A stretch of DNA of 49,151 nt from Vermamoeba vermiformis (GCA_045837725.1 JBEWZL010000149.1:62001-111151), one strand, 5' to 3'. Shown: positions 29,001-41,138, numbered from the stretch's first letter. Made by a program: numbers and translations. The notes: generated by a model from the sequence alone, not told the origin.

Positions 29001-32000
29001 CGCGTCATTGCAGTCAAGATTGTGGATCCTGTTGCTAAGGTCACTCGATACTACCAATACGTCGGCCTGCCTTGCGTCCGCTTGACTCTCTTTGACAACG
29101 GTCAATTGATCAAGCGTGATGGTTCTCGTTCTCAATGCGCTGATCCCACTACTCGCGTGGCCTCACCTACTTGCTGCAGTGGTACCGCCGTTGCATCAAA
29201 CTATACCTCTGAGTGCTTGTTCGCCAACGAAGCCGCTGACTTTGCCACCACTCAACAACGTTGTCAAAGCATGGGTCTTAGCGTCTGCTCCACTAGCCAG
29301 GTTAAACTTGGAACTACTTGGGCTAATTCGTGTGCCCAATATGCCTATGCTTGGACCAACACCTCTTGCTCCGTTCAAGTCCAAGTCTACGCTACTGGTC
29401 AAATCGGTATCGTTGATCCTATTGGCAGCAATTGGTTCAACATTCTCAAGCCCAGCTCGAACAACCTCTTCCGCGTCCGTTGGGATAATGCAGTCTATCC
29501 TCAAGCCGATAACGTTACTTGCCCTGCTGGCTGCGGCTTCCAAGCTACTCCTGATGGCGCTGGTTCTTGCTTGTGCAACTTCACTATCAACGCCGGACCT
29601 ATCTTCGGACAACTCTCCGATCTCAACGGAATCAACGCCGATGACGCTATCAACGCTATTGCCCAAAAGGCATTCGTTGGATCCGTCAAGCCTGGTCTCT
29701 ACGACGAAGGTACTTACTCTACTTGCAGCAGCTCTGAATGCACTCGATTGTCCAACGTCGTTGTCTGGCTGCACAAGGACGACAACGGTGGCTTGAGCGA
29801 GAAAACAATCTTCCAATTGCCTCCTGTTCGTCTTGGTGGTCGCGATCGTTACTTGCTCAACAAGGTCTCGACTGTTGTTGTCAGTGACTCGTACTCCTTC
29901 CGCAATCCTCCTCACTTCACACCGCTCCTCGGTGAGCTCACTGACGTTGCTGCTGACTACCTCTCGGACAACTTGTGGGTCCGCAAGGCTGAGTACGAAG
30001 TGGAGTCATTGCTCGAGCACTTGTTCGAACACGACAACACTGCCGTCTTCGTGTCCTACCGTCTCATTCAACAAATGGTCACTTCCAACCCTTCACCTCG
30101 TTACGTTAAGTCAGTAGTCAATGCCTTCCGCAACGGTGCCGTTGGTGACGTTAGATTCTCTGGCAAGTACGGTGACTTGGGAGCCACTGTCTATGCCATC
30201 TTGATGGACCACGAAGCTCGTTCACCCATCGTTGAAGCAGACAAGACTTACGGCATGTTGCGTGACCCCTTGCTCAAGGTCTACCACTTCATGCGATCGC
30301 TTGGCTACACCTCACCGAAGGGCCGTGAAGTCGCTCTTTGGGACATGGATCAAGTCATTGGTGTGCAGCCTTTCACCGCCCCGACTGTGTTTGGTTTCTA
30401 CTTGCCTGAATACAGACCTCAAGGCCGTGTTGGCGACGCTGGTCTCGTCGGTCCTCAAGTCCAAATTGCCACCACTCCTGCCTTGGTTGGATACCTCAAC
30501 GGCATCACTTCGCTGATTGACAACGGCCTTACCAGCTGCGACGGTGGATTTGCTCTCCCGCAAACCTTTGGACCCCGCACTTGCAATGCTAACGGCCCTA
30601 ACCCCACTGCTGACGGCATCGTCTCGTACACTCCCCCTGACGGTGTTGGCGTTGAAGGTATTATTGATGAGCTCGACATGATTCTCCTTGGCGGCCGCTT
30701 GAACCCTCAAACTCGCGCTACTTTCATCCAAGAGTACAACAACATCTACACGAACGACACTATGGCCCCTCAAGCTTTGCGACACTTGCTCAAGCTCTTT
30801 GCCATCAGCTCCGAGTACCAAACTACCAACATAAACGCTTTGACAACTACGCCACGCACCGAGTCTAATGCAGTGAAGCCTCAAGGTCGCAAGTTCAAGG
30901 CCATCGTCGTCATCTTCGAGTACGGTGGTTGCGACAGTTACAGCTTGCTCGTGCCTCACTCCAACTGCCCCAAGAAGGACATGTACAACGAGTACCGGAC
31001 TGTTCGTACTGACGCTGCTTTGGACAAAAGCGTTCTCTTGCCCATCAACGTCCCTGCTGGCACTCAGCCCTGCAACACGTTCGGTGTTCATCCGATCATG
31101 AAGAACGTACAAGCCCTGTACAACGAAGGCAGCGCTCTCTTCGCTACTAACATTGGTTCGTTGGTTGAGCCCGTCACCAAAGACCAAGTCAACAGACGCA
31201 CTGGCCGCCTTCCTCCTTCACTCTTCGCACACAACATTATGCAACGTAACGTCCAGAACGTGTACGCGCAGTACCTCGCTGCCAATGGTGTGCTCGGTCG
31301 TCTCACTGACGCGCTTTTGGAGAACAACCCGCCTTACGCCTCAGCCCTTTTCAGTCTCAGTGGCAACGTGAAGATGGTCCAAGGCAAACTGCCCGCTGAT
31401 TACCTCTCTGGCTCAGCTGGTGTTGTCAGAGTCCGCAGCTTGAACAAGATTGCGTCTGCTCTCGGAAACATCACTGAATATGTCTCTGACTCCGTGTACG
31501 CTGACACTTACGCTGACACGATGCGCACTTCTGTCGGCAAGACTGAAGTCCTCGGCACACTTCTCGCCAACACCAATCTCACCACAACCTTCGGCAAGAC
31601 CGGTCTTGACTTGCAAATGTCACAAGTTGCCAAGCTGATCAAGTCCATGCCTGACGCCACTGGCATTGAACGTGCCGTGTTCTTCACTTCCCTGGGCGGC
31701 TTTGACACTCACGCCACTTTCGACTTGAGCGCCGTACTTGGGCCCTGTTGACACTGCTGTTGGCAACTTTGCGGCTGAAATGAAGGCTCAGGGCCGATGG
31801 GACGACGTTGTGATTCTTTCTGTGTCAGACTTTGCACGTACTTTGACTAGCAACGGCAAGGGCACTGATCACGCGTGGGGAGGCAATCACTTTGTCGCTG
31901 GTGGCAGCATCAAGGGCGGTCAGATCCTCGGTCACTACCCCGAAATTCTTTCCGACGACGGTCCTCAGATCCTCACTAGAGGTCGTGTTATTCCGACGAT

Positions 32001-32139
32001 GCCTTTTGAAGGCATGTGGAAGGGCATTGCCGAGTGGTTCGGAGTGCCTGCCGACCAAATGGAAAAAGTTTTGCCTAACGTTAACAACTTCCCTGCTGAC
32101 GTCATGTACTCCAAGGAACAGATGTTCAAGAAGTTCTAA
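26002..32139 (+). CDS. ~1,990-aa membrane-anchored DUF1800 + DUF1501 fusion protein (3 exons; apparent +1 insertion near 31741)
   Basis: Introns 26144-26249 and 27745-27802; N-terminal TM anchor; DUF1800 motifs LQATFG, DQLRQRVAW, PDENYAREIMQLFSIGL, VTSNPSPRYV, APTVFGFY; DUF1501 motifs GGCDS, GGFDTH, SDFART, GTDHAWGG. Confidence 0.85.
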
Positions 32140-32197
32140 ACTTGTATTCGTAGTATAATAGTAAAATAGTTCATTAATAATAACCACGACTTTATGT

Positions 32198-35138
32198 TTA
32201 GAGTCGGATCCAGTTCATTTTTGTCTCTTTGTCAAATAGATATACAATCCATTCCTAAAATAATAATATTAATGATCAATACAATCAACTTTAAATATAA
32301 TACGTTCTTCTACGTACTTTGGTTTCTGAGTGACAGACCAGATCGGAATGACAGGCTTGCTCGGATCCAATTTCCAGTTGTAATACTTGGCTACTGTGCT
32401 CATCACTGCTCGCATTTCAATCTTCGCAAAAGTCTGGCCAATGCCTATACCATATCAGGTTAATTCTTGCACAGCAGTATTATTTCCTTATTTGGAAGTA
32501 GGTTGCTCGATTTTAAGAATTAGGGTTAGGGTTTGGCTTACAGTTCCTGGGACCACTGCTGAACGGCATAAAAGTCGGGTAATGCGACTGATTGTTGGCG
32601 AAACGTTCGGGATCAAATTTGTCGGGCTAAATAAGGCAATTATTAGTTAATGATTGATATTTACATACTAATGTTACTTACGTTGGGGAAATATTTCGGG
32701 TTATGATTCATCAAGTGAATAGGCACCATAATCGCCGTGCCCTTGCCAATGAAATAATCACCGAGTTGCACGTCCTCGACCATTTCACGCACTAAAAATA
32801 GAAAATAAAAAGTCATTAGTCGGAATCCATGATCGGACCAGTAATTTGCAAAGCTGGGCGTCTATCAACTGGAAATTTCCTAATTTGGTAGTTTCCAATG
32901 CGTACCTGAACCACCAGGAGTGACAGGTGTCATTCGCATGCTCTCTTTGACAGCCATGTCCAACAATGTCATGCGCGACAAGTCATCGTACTCGGGGAAT
33001 TCTTTTCCTTTCAACACCTACAGATAGAGTTGGTCAATTGTAGTTCACTGAACCAAATTCTATTTCATGAACGAACCTCATCGACTTCTTGCTGTATTTT
33101 AGTGATCCATTCAGGATTGTTAGCCGTGTGGTACAAGAACCATGTCATTGCTAAAAAAGGAAAGAAAATCATTAGTAAAACTCGGTGCGATTAGCTCATT
33201 CATGCCAAATATGGTAATAAAGCTTAAGCAACGGACTTTGGGTGTTTTTGAGCTAGAAAAATGACCGATCTATCGATCAATTGACTATTACTATAAATGG
33301 CAATAACTTACAGTGCGCAGTGGTCTCGTGTCCAGCGACCAAAAAAATGACATTTTCACTGACAATCTCGTCTTCAGTCATGGTCTTGCCAGTCTCAGGG
33401 TCCTCAGCGTGTATCATCATATTCAACAGGTCCTTTTTGTTCTTCAGTGCTTCGGGGTCACGCTTGCGATCTTCGAGACATTTTTGCGCCAAGGAACGCA
33501 CTCGCTTCCTAAGAGGATAGATATAAAAAATAATGAATCACGTGATCTGAATGCCTCGCACAACAACTCTTGATATGTAATTTCACTACACGATTACTTA
33601 TATCACTTTGAATAAGATATTATGAATAATTGATTAGTGCAGAAAAATAATTAATTTGCACTGTGGGAAAAAGACCAATAATAAATAGATGCAAAGTTTA
33701 AGGATTACAAGTGCCTTAATAGTACGTACCTTAACTGTGCCAATCTCCATGAAGCAAATGGATTGAGTCTGTGGCCGAGTGGATCCACTGATCTCAATTC
33801 AACTTCGTGCATCAGCTGTGACATGGCGTCAATGGCATCTTTGTTCGCACCATACAAGGCACCGTAGTTGACTCCGAAGGCTGCGGCTGTCAACACGTCC
33901 TAAAAATAGAAACGATACCTGTCAGATACTATGTGTCTCGAATGATAAAAATAAACTTCATAAAATACTGCGTCGAGGGCGTCAAAATTGACACGTGTCA
34001 TCAGAAAACTTTTTTCACGTGTCAAACTCCACCCTCGACAATAATTGTTAATTTATGCCGTAATTTAAACTAAGCATGCGTTTGACGTGTCGTATCGTAT
34101 GATACAGGTGTCATTTTGACACGTGTCACTGATGTGTTTCCACGTCAAAATGTCATCGTTCAATAAGCAACATGTCACCATAGAGCTGTCACCAATGACC
34201 TACCAAAGCCACTTTCTGCAGTATGTCGTTGATGTTGATCGACTGACGCGCATCACGTGTGTTCAAGAACTCGGTCAACTGCTTCAACTCGTCGATCATC
34301 AAGGGGTACATGCCTTTGATCGCAGTCATGCTGAACATTGGATTCATCAAACGACGTTGACGGTGCCAATATGCTCCTATATTATAAAAGGTCATTGTTA
34401 ATCCGAGTGATTTTTAGAACTTCGGATTCGGTGTTGATCCGGATCCAAAAAGAAATGTCTACGGGTGTACTTTAATACTATACTACTCACAATGGATACA
34501 TACCATCAGACATTAATAAATCATTGTCGTTGATAATTCTCAGAACATCATACGTCTTGCCTTTGTAGTTTGAGGATAAAGAGTCGATCGCGTACTGGAA
34601 AATAAATAATGCCAGAATTAGCCGTGGTAAAAACATGCGATAATACTAATATTATCATTACATACATTAGGGTTAGACATCATAACAATATCAGGTGCTA
34701 TTAAACCTCCACGCAATAAAACGAAATCGCCGTACTTCTCGTACAAGCGGTCAAAGTGAGCCATTGGCCGGCCCGGAACATCGGAAGTAGCTCCGAGAGC
34801 TTGTAATGCGCCAGCTATACAGCTCGATGGATATGGGCCTGATCATTAGGTTAGATCACAGGATCGGATCCTTATTTTAAAATATTCTAGTAGTTATAAT
34901 TTTAATAAATAATTGTCGTAATTGTTATATGATTACCTGGCATTTTTTTCTTCCATTCAGGCTCACGTAGAAGGGTCTAAAAATTAATTTAGATTATTTT
35001 TTGTTTATTTCAATTACCACGGCCATAATAATTGTATTAAATATATTTTAAGAAACATACCACCCATATAATTATTTTTGGGAGCACGAAATACAAAATC
35101 GTAAGAATAGAAATAAGCACGATCCAAGAAACCATCAT
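32198..35138 (-). CDS. Cytochrome P450
   Basis: N-terminal anchor; FLVAGHETTA (I helix), KESMR (ExxR), FDPERF, heme motif PFSSGPRNCIG split by an intron inside the Cys codon. Confidence 0.95.
33972..34039. repeat. Imperfect inverted repeat in a long P450 intron, within a cluster of GACACGTGTC-like palindromes
   Basis: GTCGAGGG...TTGACACGTG / CACGTGTCAA...CCCTCGAC. Confidence 0.7.
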
Positions 35139-35558
35139 TAAAGTCCTGAAACTGCTCTTCAGACGCTAATATGTGCTAGTACTAATCTTGATTTCAAAAT
35201 ACAAGACCACAGGTGATTTTTTTTGTGGCTAATTCGCCGCAGCGCAATCTCGGTCTAACTTTTATTCCGCCGTAACAATTTATCGCACTAGCGATCCGAA
35301 CAATAGGATTATCAATAGACCGGCTACTGATTATTGCAACTTCAATTGCCTTTGATACATTTAGTAAGTAGTAACTAACGTTTTACAGCAAAGGCCCTTC
35401 GCCTTTCATTTTTGATTTCGCAGCGCTTAGTTGTTACAGCGCGATATGATTTAAGGTCTTTTATTACCGTTATCGCTTCTATTAAACAAGTATTATTTAC
35501 ATTTACGTCAGTAACTTTACAATTAAATAAAACAAAAAAATTAGTTTCGCGCTACGTT

Positions 35559-37542
35559 TTAGATCCGGGTCGGATTAATAACAGCAGTGCTGGGGATGAA
35601 ATTAGCAGGATTAGGCATGCCTCGGCTCATCATAGCGTAATTAGATGCGTCAGGTCGGATGAAATTGAATGTATTGACTTTAATGGGCAACGGCGGCAAG
35701 CGAGTTCGAGTACCAGGAACATAATCCAAACTAAAAATAGCAACAAAATTAATATGGCACTCATCAAAAGGCTACATCATAATGATATAATATAAGTATA
35801 TGAGGTACTTACTATTTTTGCAAGGTAAAAATGTTGTTTCGGAATCTGACCATAAGATCCAAATTGCAATGAGGACTAGCATTAACGAGATTATCGCCCA
35901 TAGTCGCAATAATCTTTTCATTCTCCTTCAACAACTCTTTAACGCGTTGTTCGACATTCTCGTGGACTTCAATGGGTGGTCGTTGAGTGGCTGGTCCGCC
36001 CATCATGCTGGCAGCGGGCGGAGATTTTTGAAGGATTGAAAACGAGACCGGCATGCCGTTAGGACCAACACTTGGAGGCTTTTGTCCGACTGCTGGGTGC
36101 ACTGGATACACACCACTGCCATGGATAGGACTGGTAATATAACGTGTCAGTCTCGTGTCAAACTACATGTCACCAAAATTAAAACGCAGAAGAAATTCAA
36201 TAACGCCATTATGCTGTCAATAGTGTAATACTATATGTACATTATAGAGTACTTACGGTGTGCCAAAATGCATTTCTTCTTCGCTCTTCTTACGCTTGAG
36301 TGCGGGACCGTCACTTGGCGAGGTTGGTCCTCGGCTAGGAACAGAAGCAGGCTTGGGTCGTTGATAGCTTGAAGTAGTGCTAGTCGGTGTTGTGGGAATG
36401 CTGTCGTTGTCGGGCGATGCAACTGATCTCAAGCCACGAGCCTGAATTATCGCGATAATTAGCCCACGCAAAATTTCAAATTCAAAAAAAAAATGATACT
36501 AGTCTAATTACAACTACACAGCGAATAATATAATATATACCGCCATCGCGCCAGTATAATTGCTGTTAAAAAAAGTAATGACTGCGAAGCTCTTTCGTAC
36601 CTTTTTCTTGGCTTTTCTGGCCTTTGCTTCTTCTGCATCTGGGTTGTATTCCTCGTCGTCGTCGCCTCTACGCCGCTTATTATTTTTAAGGGTAGACTTG
36701 CTTTGTCTATTTGACTTGGGCTCTTTATCAACAGATTGCTCGTCGGAGTCCATAGTACTAAATTAGGAAAATTAGACTTTGTTCATAATGTTAGGTAACA
36801 ACTAAAGAAATTGGGCTCTGGCATTTTGCTCAAGCAAGTAATATATTATTAAGAATAATTAAACTAATATCGCGTGGCAAAAAGCTTGGCGTGCCAACAA
36901 TAATTTTTTGATCGACGAGAAATTTTCAAAGAGAAAGATTAAAATGCGTCGATTGGGAATTTAAAGTTATAATTATGCTTAAAATAATTATGTATTATTA
37001 TTCTTACTTTTTATCGGTATTTGGAGTGCTAACTGGGGCAGATTGAACTTTAGATTCGGTTGGCGTGGCATTAGGTGGGGGAGTAGGTTCTGATTTGGGT
37101 GGTTTGGTTTCACTAGGGACTGAGGTATCCATGCTGTTAGCCCCCAATCCAGGGAACATGTTCTGCGAGGCCGTCATCTGAGTGGGCGGATCTTCGAGCG
37201 GATTCCAATCGCTAGTGTAAGAGCGCGTGTAGCTAGTTGTATTATTCTCGATATCATTTAAATTGAAATCGTTGTAATCGGTCGCTCCAGCGACTTCGTC
37301 CTACATTAATTAAAGCTGTAAGCAAACGGCAGATTTGCAAATCGTTTTCATCGTTAAATAATTATGTATCAACTTGATAAACAGATCAAAAAATATTGTA
37401 CGATCGATAATATCGAGGGGTTTTGCAAATATATTTTTTAACGTGTGTAAATGCTAGAATTGCAATTCGTCGCGGATCCCAGTCAAAAGATGTGACAGCT
37501 TACCAAGCTAAAACCTGGAAAATCATCTTGAAATGCGTCCAT
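35559..37542 (-). CDS. Low-complexity nuclear-type protein with C-terminal DUF3755-like motif
   Basis: Basic NLS-like KRRR and KRKK; C-term LLKENEKIIATMGDNL..NLDLMVRFRNNIFTLQN..RLPPLPIKVN resembles plant DUF3755 as recalled. Confidence 0.6.
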
Positions 37543-38209
37543 TGTTGCTTATATTCGATTTATATATTTATAGTGGTCAGTTAAGTCAGTTCTTCATACA
37601 ATTCACAAATTAAAGTTTTGCGTCAAATCTGCACTGTCAACGATGTTGAGTTTCAACAAAGTAAGTGTGTGATATCGTTCAATGTTGTATTTAAAATACA
37701 AATCGTATGTCTTTACGACAAAATTCACTATTTTGATAAAAAGTACAGAACTTTTGCAACCGTGACTTAATCGAGAAAATTTCGCGACTTAACCACAGAA
37801 TTTCTCGTGCTTGGCTTCGGTAGGTTTATTTCGTCCTATTAACACTCTTACAATACAATACATACCATAGACTAACGGCCTATCGTCCAACTCGAATGCA
37901 TCTTGAACCTTTGACGAGATTGGATTAGCTGAATCTCGATATCCCTATCGAGTTTTAATACAACTTGCGTACCACGAGACAACATAATGATATGATACTT
38001 TTGCGCGCGAGCAGATATGGCTGTAGTTACAAGCACAACTTCAGACTAGAAAAGCTTGATCCTAGTAGCCGTTACAAAAAAATTCAAAATCAATTACCAG
38101 GACAGTCGAAGACAATTTAGTTCCAAATATTATTTATATTGGGTGATTTGTACATGTTTATACAGTTTTTACAATATTTTTCAATAGTTTTGGAGTGTTT
38201 TCAGGTTGC

Positions 38210-39001
38210 TTAGAAGATCTTGACTGGTTTTTGAGGCTCTTCAGGTTTGTAACGGATATATAACACGCCATTATTCAATTCGACTAATATCTTATCAGTA
38301 GATACGGGTTGAGACAATTGGAAGGTTCGTTCGGCCTCACCAATGAATCTAAACGAAAAATATTCAGATTAGTCACTGAATTTCATATTTGCATGAATTC
38401 AATTGCACGTACCTCTCTCTATGCCACAATTCAGTGGTAGGGCTTGAATAATCGAAAGGCTCGCTTCTCTTGGTCTTTACAGTCAAAGTTCGTTGATGAG
38501 AATCCACGATCACATCAATATCTTTTCTGTCGACGCCCGGAACATCAACAGCGATGATAATCTCTTCACCGTCCTTGGTAATATCTATAGGTACGTTAGT
38601 GTAAGTTACCAGATTATTTTGTAAAGCAGATTCGACGTACCAGTTGCCAAGTACTTTTTGGTAGAGTGAGTTTGACGAGGCAGATCGAACCTGGAAGGAC
38701 CGTTGAAGAAGATGTCGTTGCGAGATCGGTGGAGGATGTTATGAACAAAGTCGCCAAATGAAGTGCGAGGTCTAGATTTGGTGCAAGTGCGCTGAGGTAA
38801 TGAAACAGATTCAGTTGTCTTTTGCTCGTCTACTTGTTGCTGATTATTTTGTTCTGTAGTTGCCTCGTCAGTATTGTCACTTTCTTCGGTGATTTGGAAC
38901 TCGTGTGTCTCGTCAAGACGTTTTGTTTCCGCATCGGCTTTTACCGCGTAAGCAAATCCGATTACAATAATCAAAAGAAAGGCGAAGATTGATCTTTGCA
39001 T
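38210..39001 (-). CDS. Small heat shock protein (alpha-crystallin domain) with signal peptide, 3 exons
   Basis: MQRSIFAFLLIIVIGFAYA; DITKDGEEIIIAVDVPGVDRKDIDV, WHRERFIGEAERTFQL, VELNNGVLYI. Confidence 0.9.
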
Positions 39002-39104
39002 TGTTACTTGTGTTGTTGTATTGTCCTTTGTTAGACTTGAATGAATGATTTTGTTGCGTCCAACCTCGCTTTTTATTGTTGTTTTTGATGACAAAGCAGA
39101 TCGG

Positions 39105-39257
39105 TGACGTGGCTGCAAGAATTCTTGGTGATTCATTAACACAGCCACAATTCCTAACTCCGTAGGGTATTGATGACGTGTTTCGTATGCTCTCGACGAG
39201 ATACGTGGCTAATCTCGTTAAGATAGCTTAAACAAGCCAGATTCATGCCGCGTCATC
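39105..39257. promoter_or_regulatory. Cluster of UPRE/bZIP-like sites upstream of the sHSP gene
   Basis: TGACGTGG 39105-39112, GATGACGTGT 39172-39181, TACGTGG 39202-39208, CCGCGTCATC 39248-39257. Confidence 0.45.
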
Positions 39258-39406
39258 AAGATGCGCCGATCGGAGTTAACTCTCAAGACCTGAGGTTGGT
39301 CTTCAGTATTTTTAATGTTATGTGTATCCTACTACCAGTCATCTAAGGCGCACTGTAGGTAAGAGGTCAATTAATCGAAAAAAAATCATTTTATTTATCT
39401 TTCAAG

Positions 39407-41138
39407 ATGCACGTACAGAGGTGGCTTCCATCATTCGCTAGAACATTATCAACACGGCAAAATATTGCCAGAAAATGCATTCGCACTAGCACACTATTTT
39501 TCTGTACGCCCCAAACAGAAGCATCTAGTTTCTAGATCTTTCGTCACCTCGTTCGCTGCATCCAAAAAAGTATCATTATTTGATACCACAGCTGGTCTTG
39601 AATATTCACCCGGCAAACGGATAGCTGATTCAGTGCCTCACGAGAACAAACCAATCGTAGTTGTCTTTGGATGGCTTGGCGCTTCACGAAAAAATCTTCA
39701 AAAATACGTAGATTGGTATACAGAACGCGGATATGATACTATTGATTATTTAGCACCGAGGTAATTATTCAAAAAACTTGGGAAAATTGGATTTAATTCA
39801 GCAACGAACTTGCGCTTTTACCTTCTTTTTAACGCAATATCATTTCATAATAACTAGTTATATATTTTTGCGATACATTTAGTCGTATGCATATTGATAA
39901 TCAATATACTGCGGTTGAAAATTTCAAACTTGATATTTCTTCTCCCGACGGAATTCCGGTGTTCCGAGTAGCATTCCTTTGCAAAAATTTTATCAATTTT
40001 ATTATTTATAAATAAATAACCGATCAACCTCAGCATGGCCTCGGCGTTCATCACCGCGACAGTACGAACAAGTCACATGGCCATGAAACAACTAGTCGAA
40101 CATTACAACACAGCCGCGCAATCTCATCAACGAGATATAGTCTTCCACGTGCTCAGTTTGAACGGATTTTATCACTATTTGTTCCTATTAATAGAAATGC
40201 GCAATTCGAAGCATCACAGCGATTTATTGAAGCACGTCAAAGGTGTCATTATTGACTCGGCACCAGCACGCATAACTTTTGACATTTTGACACGTGGATT
40301 TGTTGGAGCTGTCATGGGCGTATTCAAGCATAAAGTAAGTATTGCTATATTATATTAAAAGGACGATCGGATCTCGTTTTAAAAATACTTTGACATTTGC
40401 AAACACGTTACTTTCGACAATTGAATTTTTGTTACAAATTCATATTAAGGGCTCGCGATAAATTATACAGGTAGTAGGTGCCTTTGTTAATAAGTAGTGA
40501 CCCGAACACGATGTTGCAAGACGTCTCGGGCACGACCACACTAACAAGAATGCACCGCTTCCCGTCCGATCAGCGAAGTTAAGCTTGTTCAGGCCTTCTT
40601 AGTACTGGGGTAGGAGACTACCTGGGAATCGGAGGTGTTGTGCTCTTTCTCTTTTTTACTTTTTATAGTCCTTCATATTCTTTTATCTTGTTAAATATGA
40701 GGCAAGATCCAGATCCAGATCCGCGTCACATTTTTTTGGCATTTTTGTCGTAAGCTTAACGTTTTTGTTTAGCCTCAATATGAACACCCGATTGTAACAC
40801 CGATATTCAAGTTTTTATGGAGATTAGCATTAGCGAGGCCGAGGAATAGACAATTTATCGATCTGATCCACAAAGAATTAATTCAAGGTCAACCAATCCA
40901 CAGCGATCAATTGTATTTATATAGCACTGCCGATGAGTTAATTCCGCACGAAGAAATAGAGTATCAAATCAACGTCCAGAAAGAGCGCGGAGTCAATGTC
41001 AAAACTCACAATTTTGTGGTCACACCGCACGTGGCTCATTTTAGATTTCAACCTGCGGTATATGGCAAGCTAATAGAGGACTTTTTGGAGAGCAAGTGGA
41101 AGAAACACGACCAACAACAGGATCCGGTTCCTAAATAA
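39407..41138 (+). CDS. TMEM53/DUF829-family alpha/beta-hydrolase-fold protein; start uncertain (39407 needs a 1-nt correction at 39459-39462, or spliced start at 39316)
   Basis: VVVFGWLGASRKNLQKYVDWY, FHVLSLNG, GVIIDSAP, LYLYSTADELIP, PHVAHFRFQPAVY; introns 39761-40033 and 40335-40772. Confidence 0.85.
40528..40646 (+). rRNA. 5S ribosomal RNA gene (119 nt) inside an intron
   Basis: Helix I GGGCACGAC/GTTGTGCTC; conserved CCGATC..GAAGTTAAGC, TTAGTACTGG, GGAGAC, CCTGGGAA; followed by T-rich terminator TTTCTCTTTTTT. Confidence 0.95.

Noticed and set aside
27314-31708. Long antisense and alternate-frame ORFs over the DUF1800 gene (similar ones over 6951-8446)
   Set aside because: Expected shadows of biased codon usage; no motifs
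32520-32533. Telomere-like TTAGGGTTAGGGTT
   Set aside because: Only two units inside a P450 intron; compatible with chance
37800-38080. Hairpins ending in ACA (H/ACA snoRNA-like) in an intergenic region
   Set aside because: No well-placed H box and weak stems
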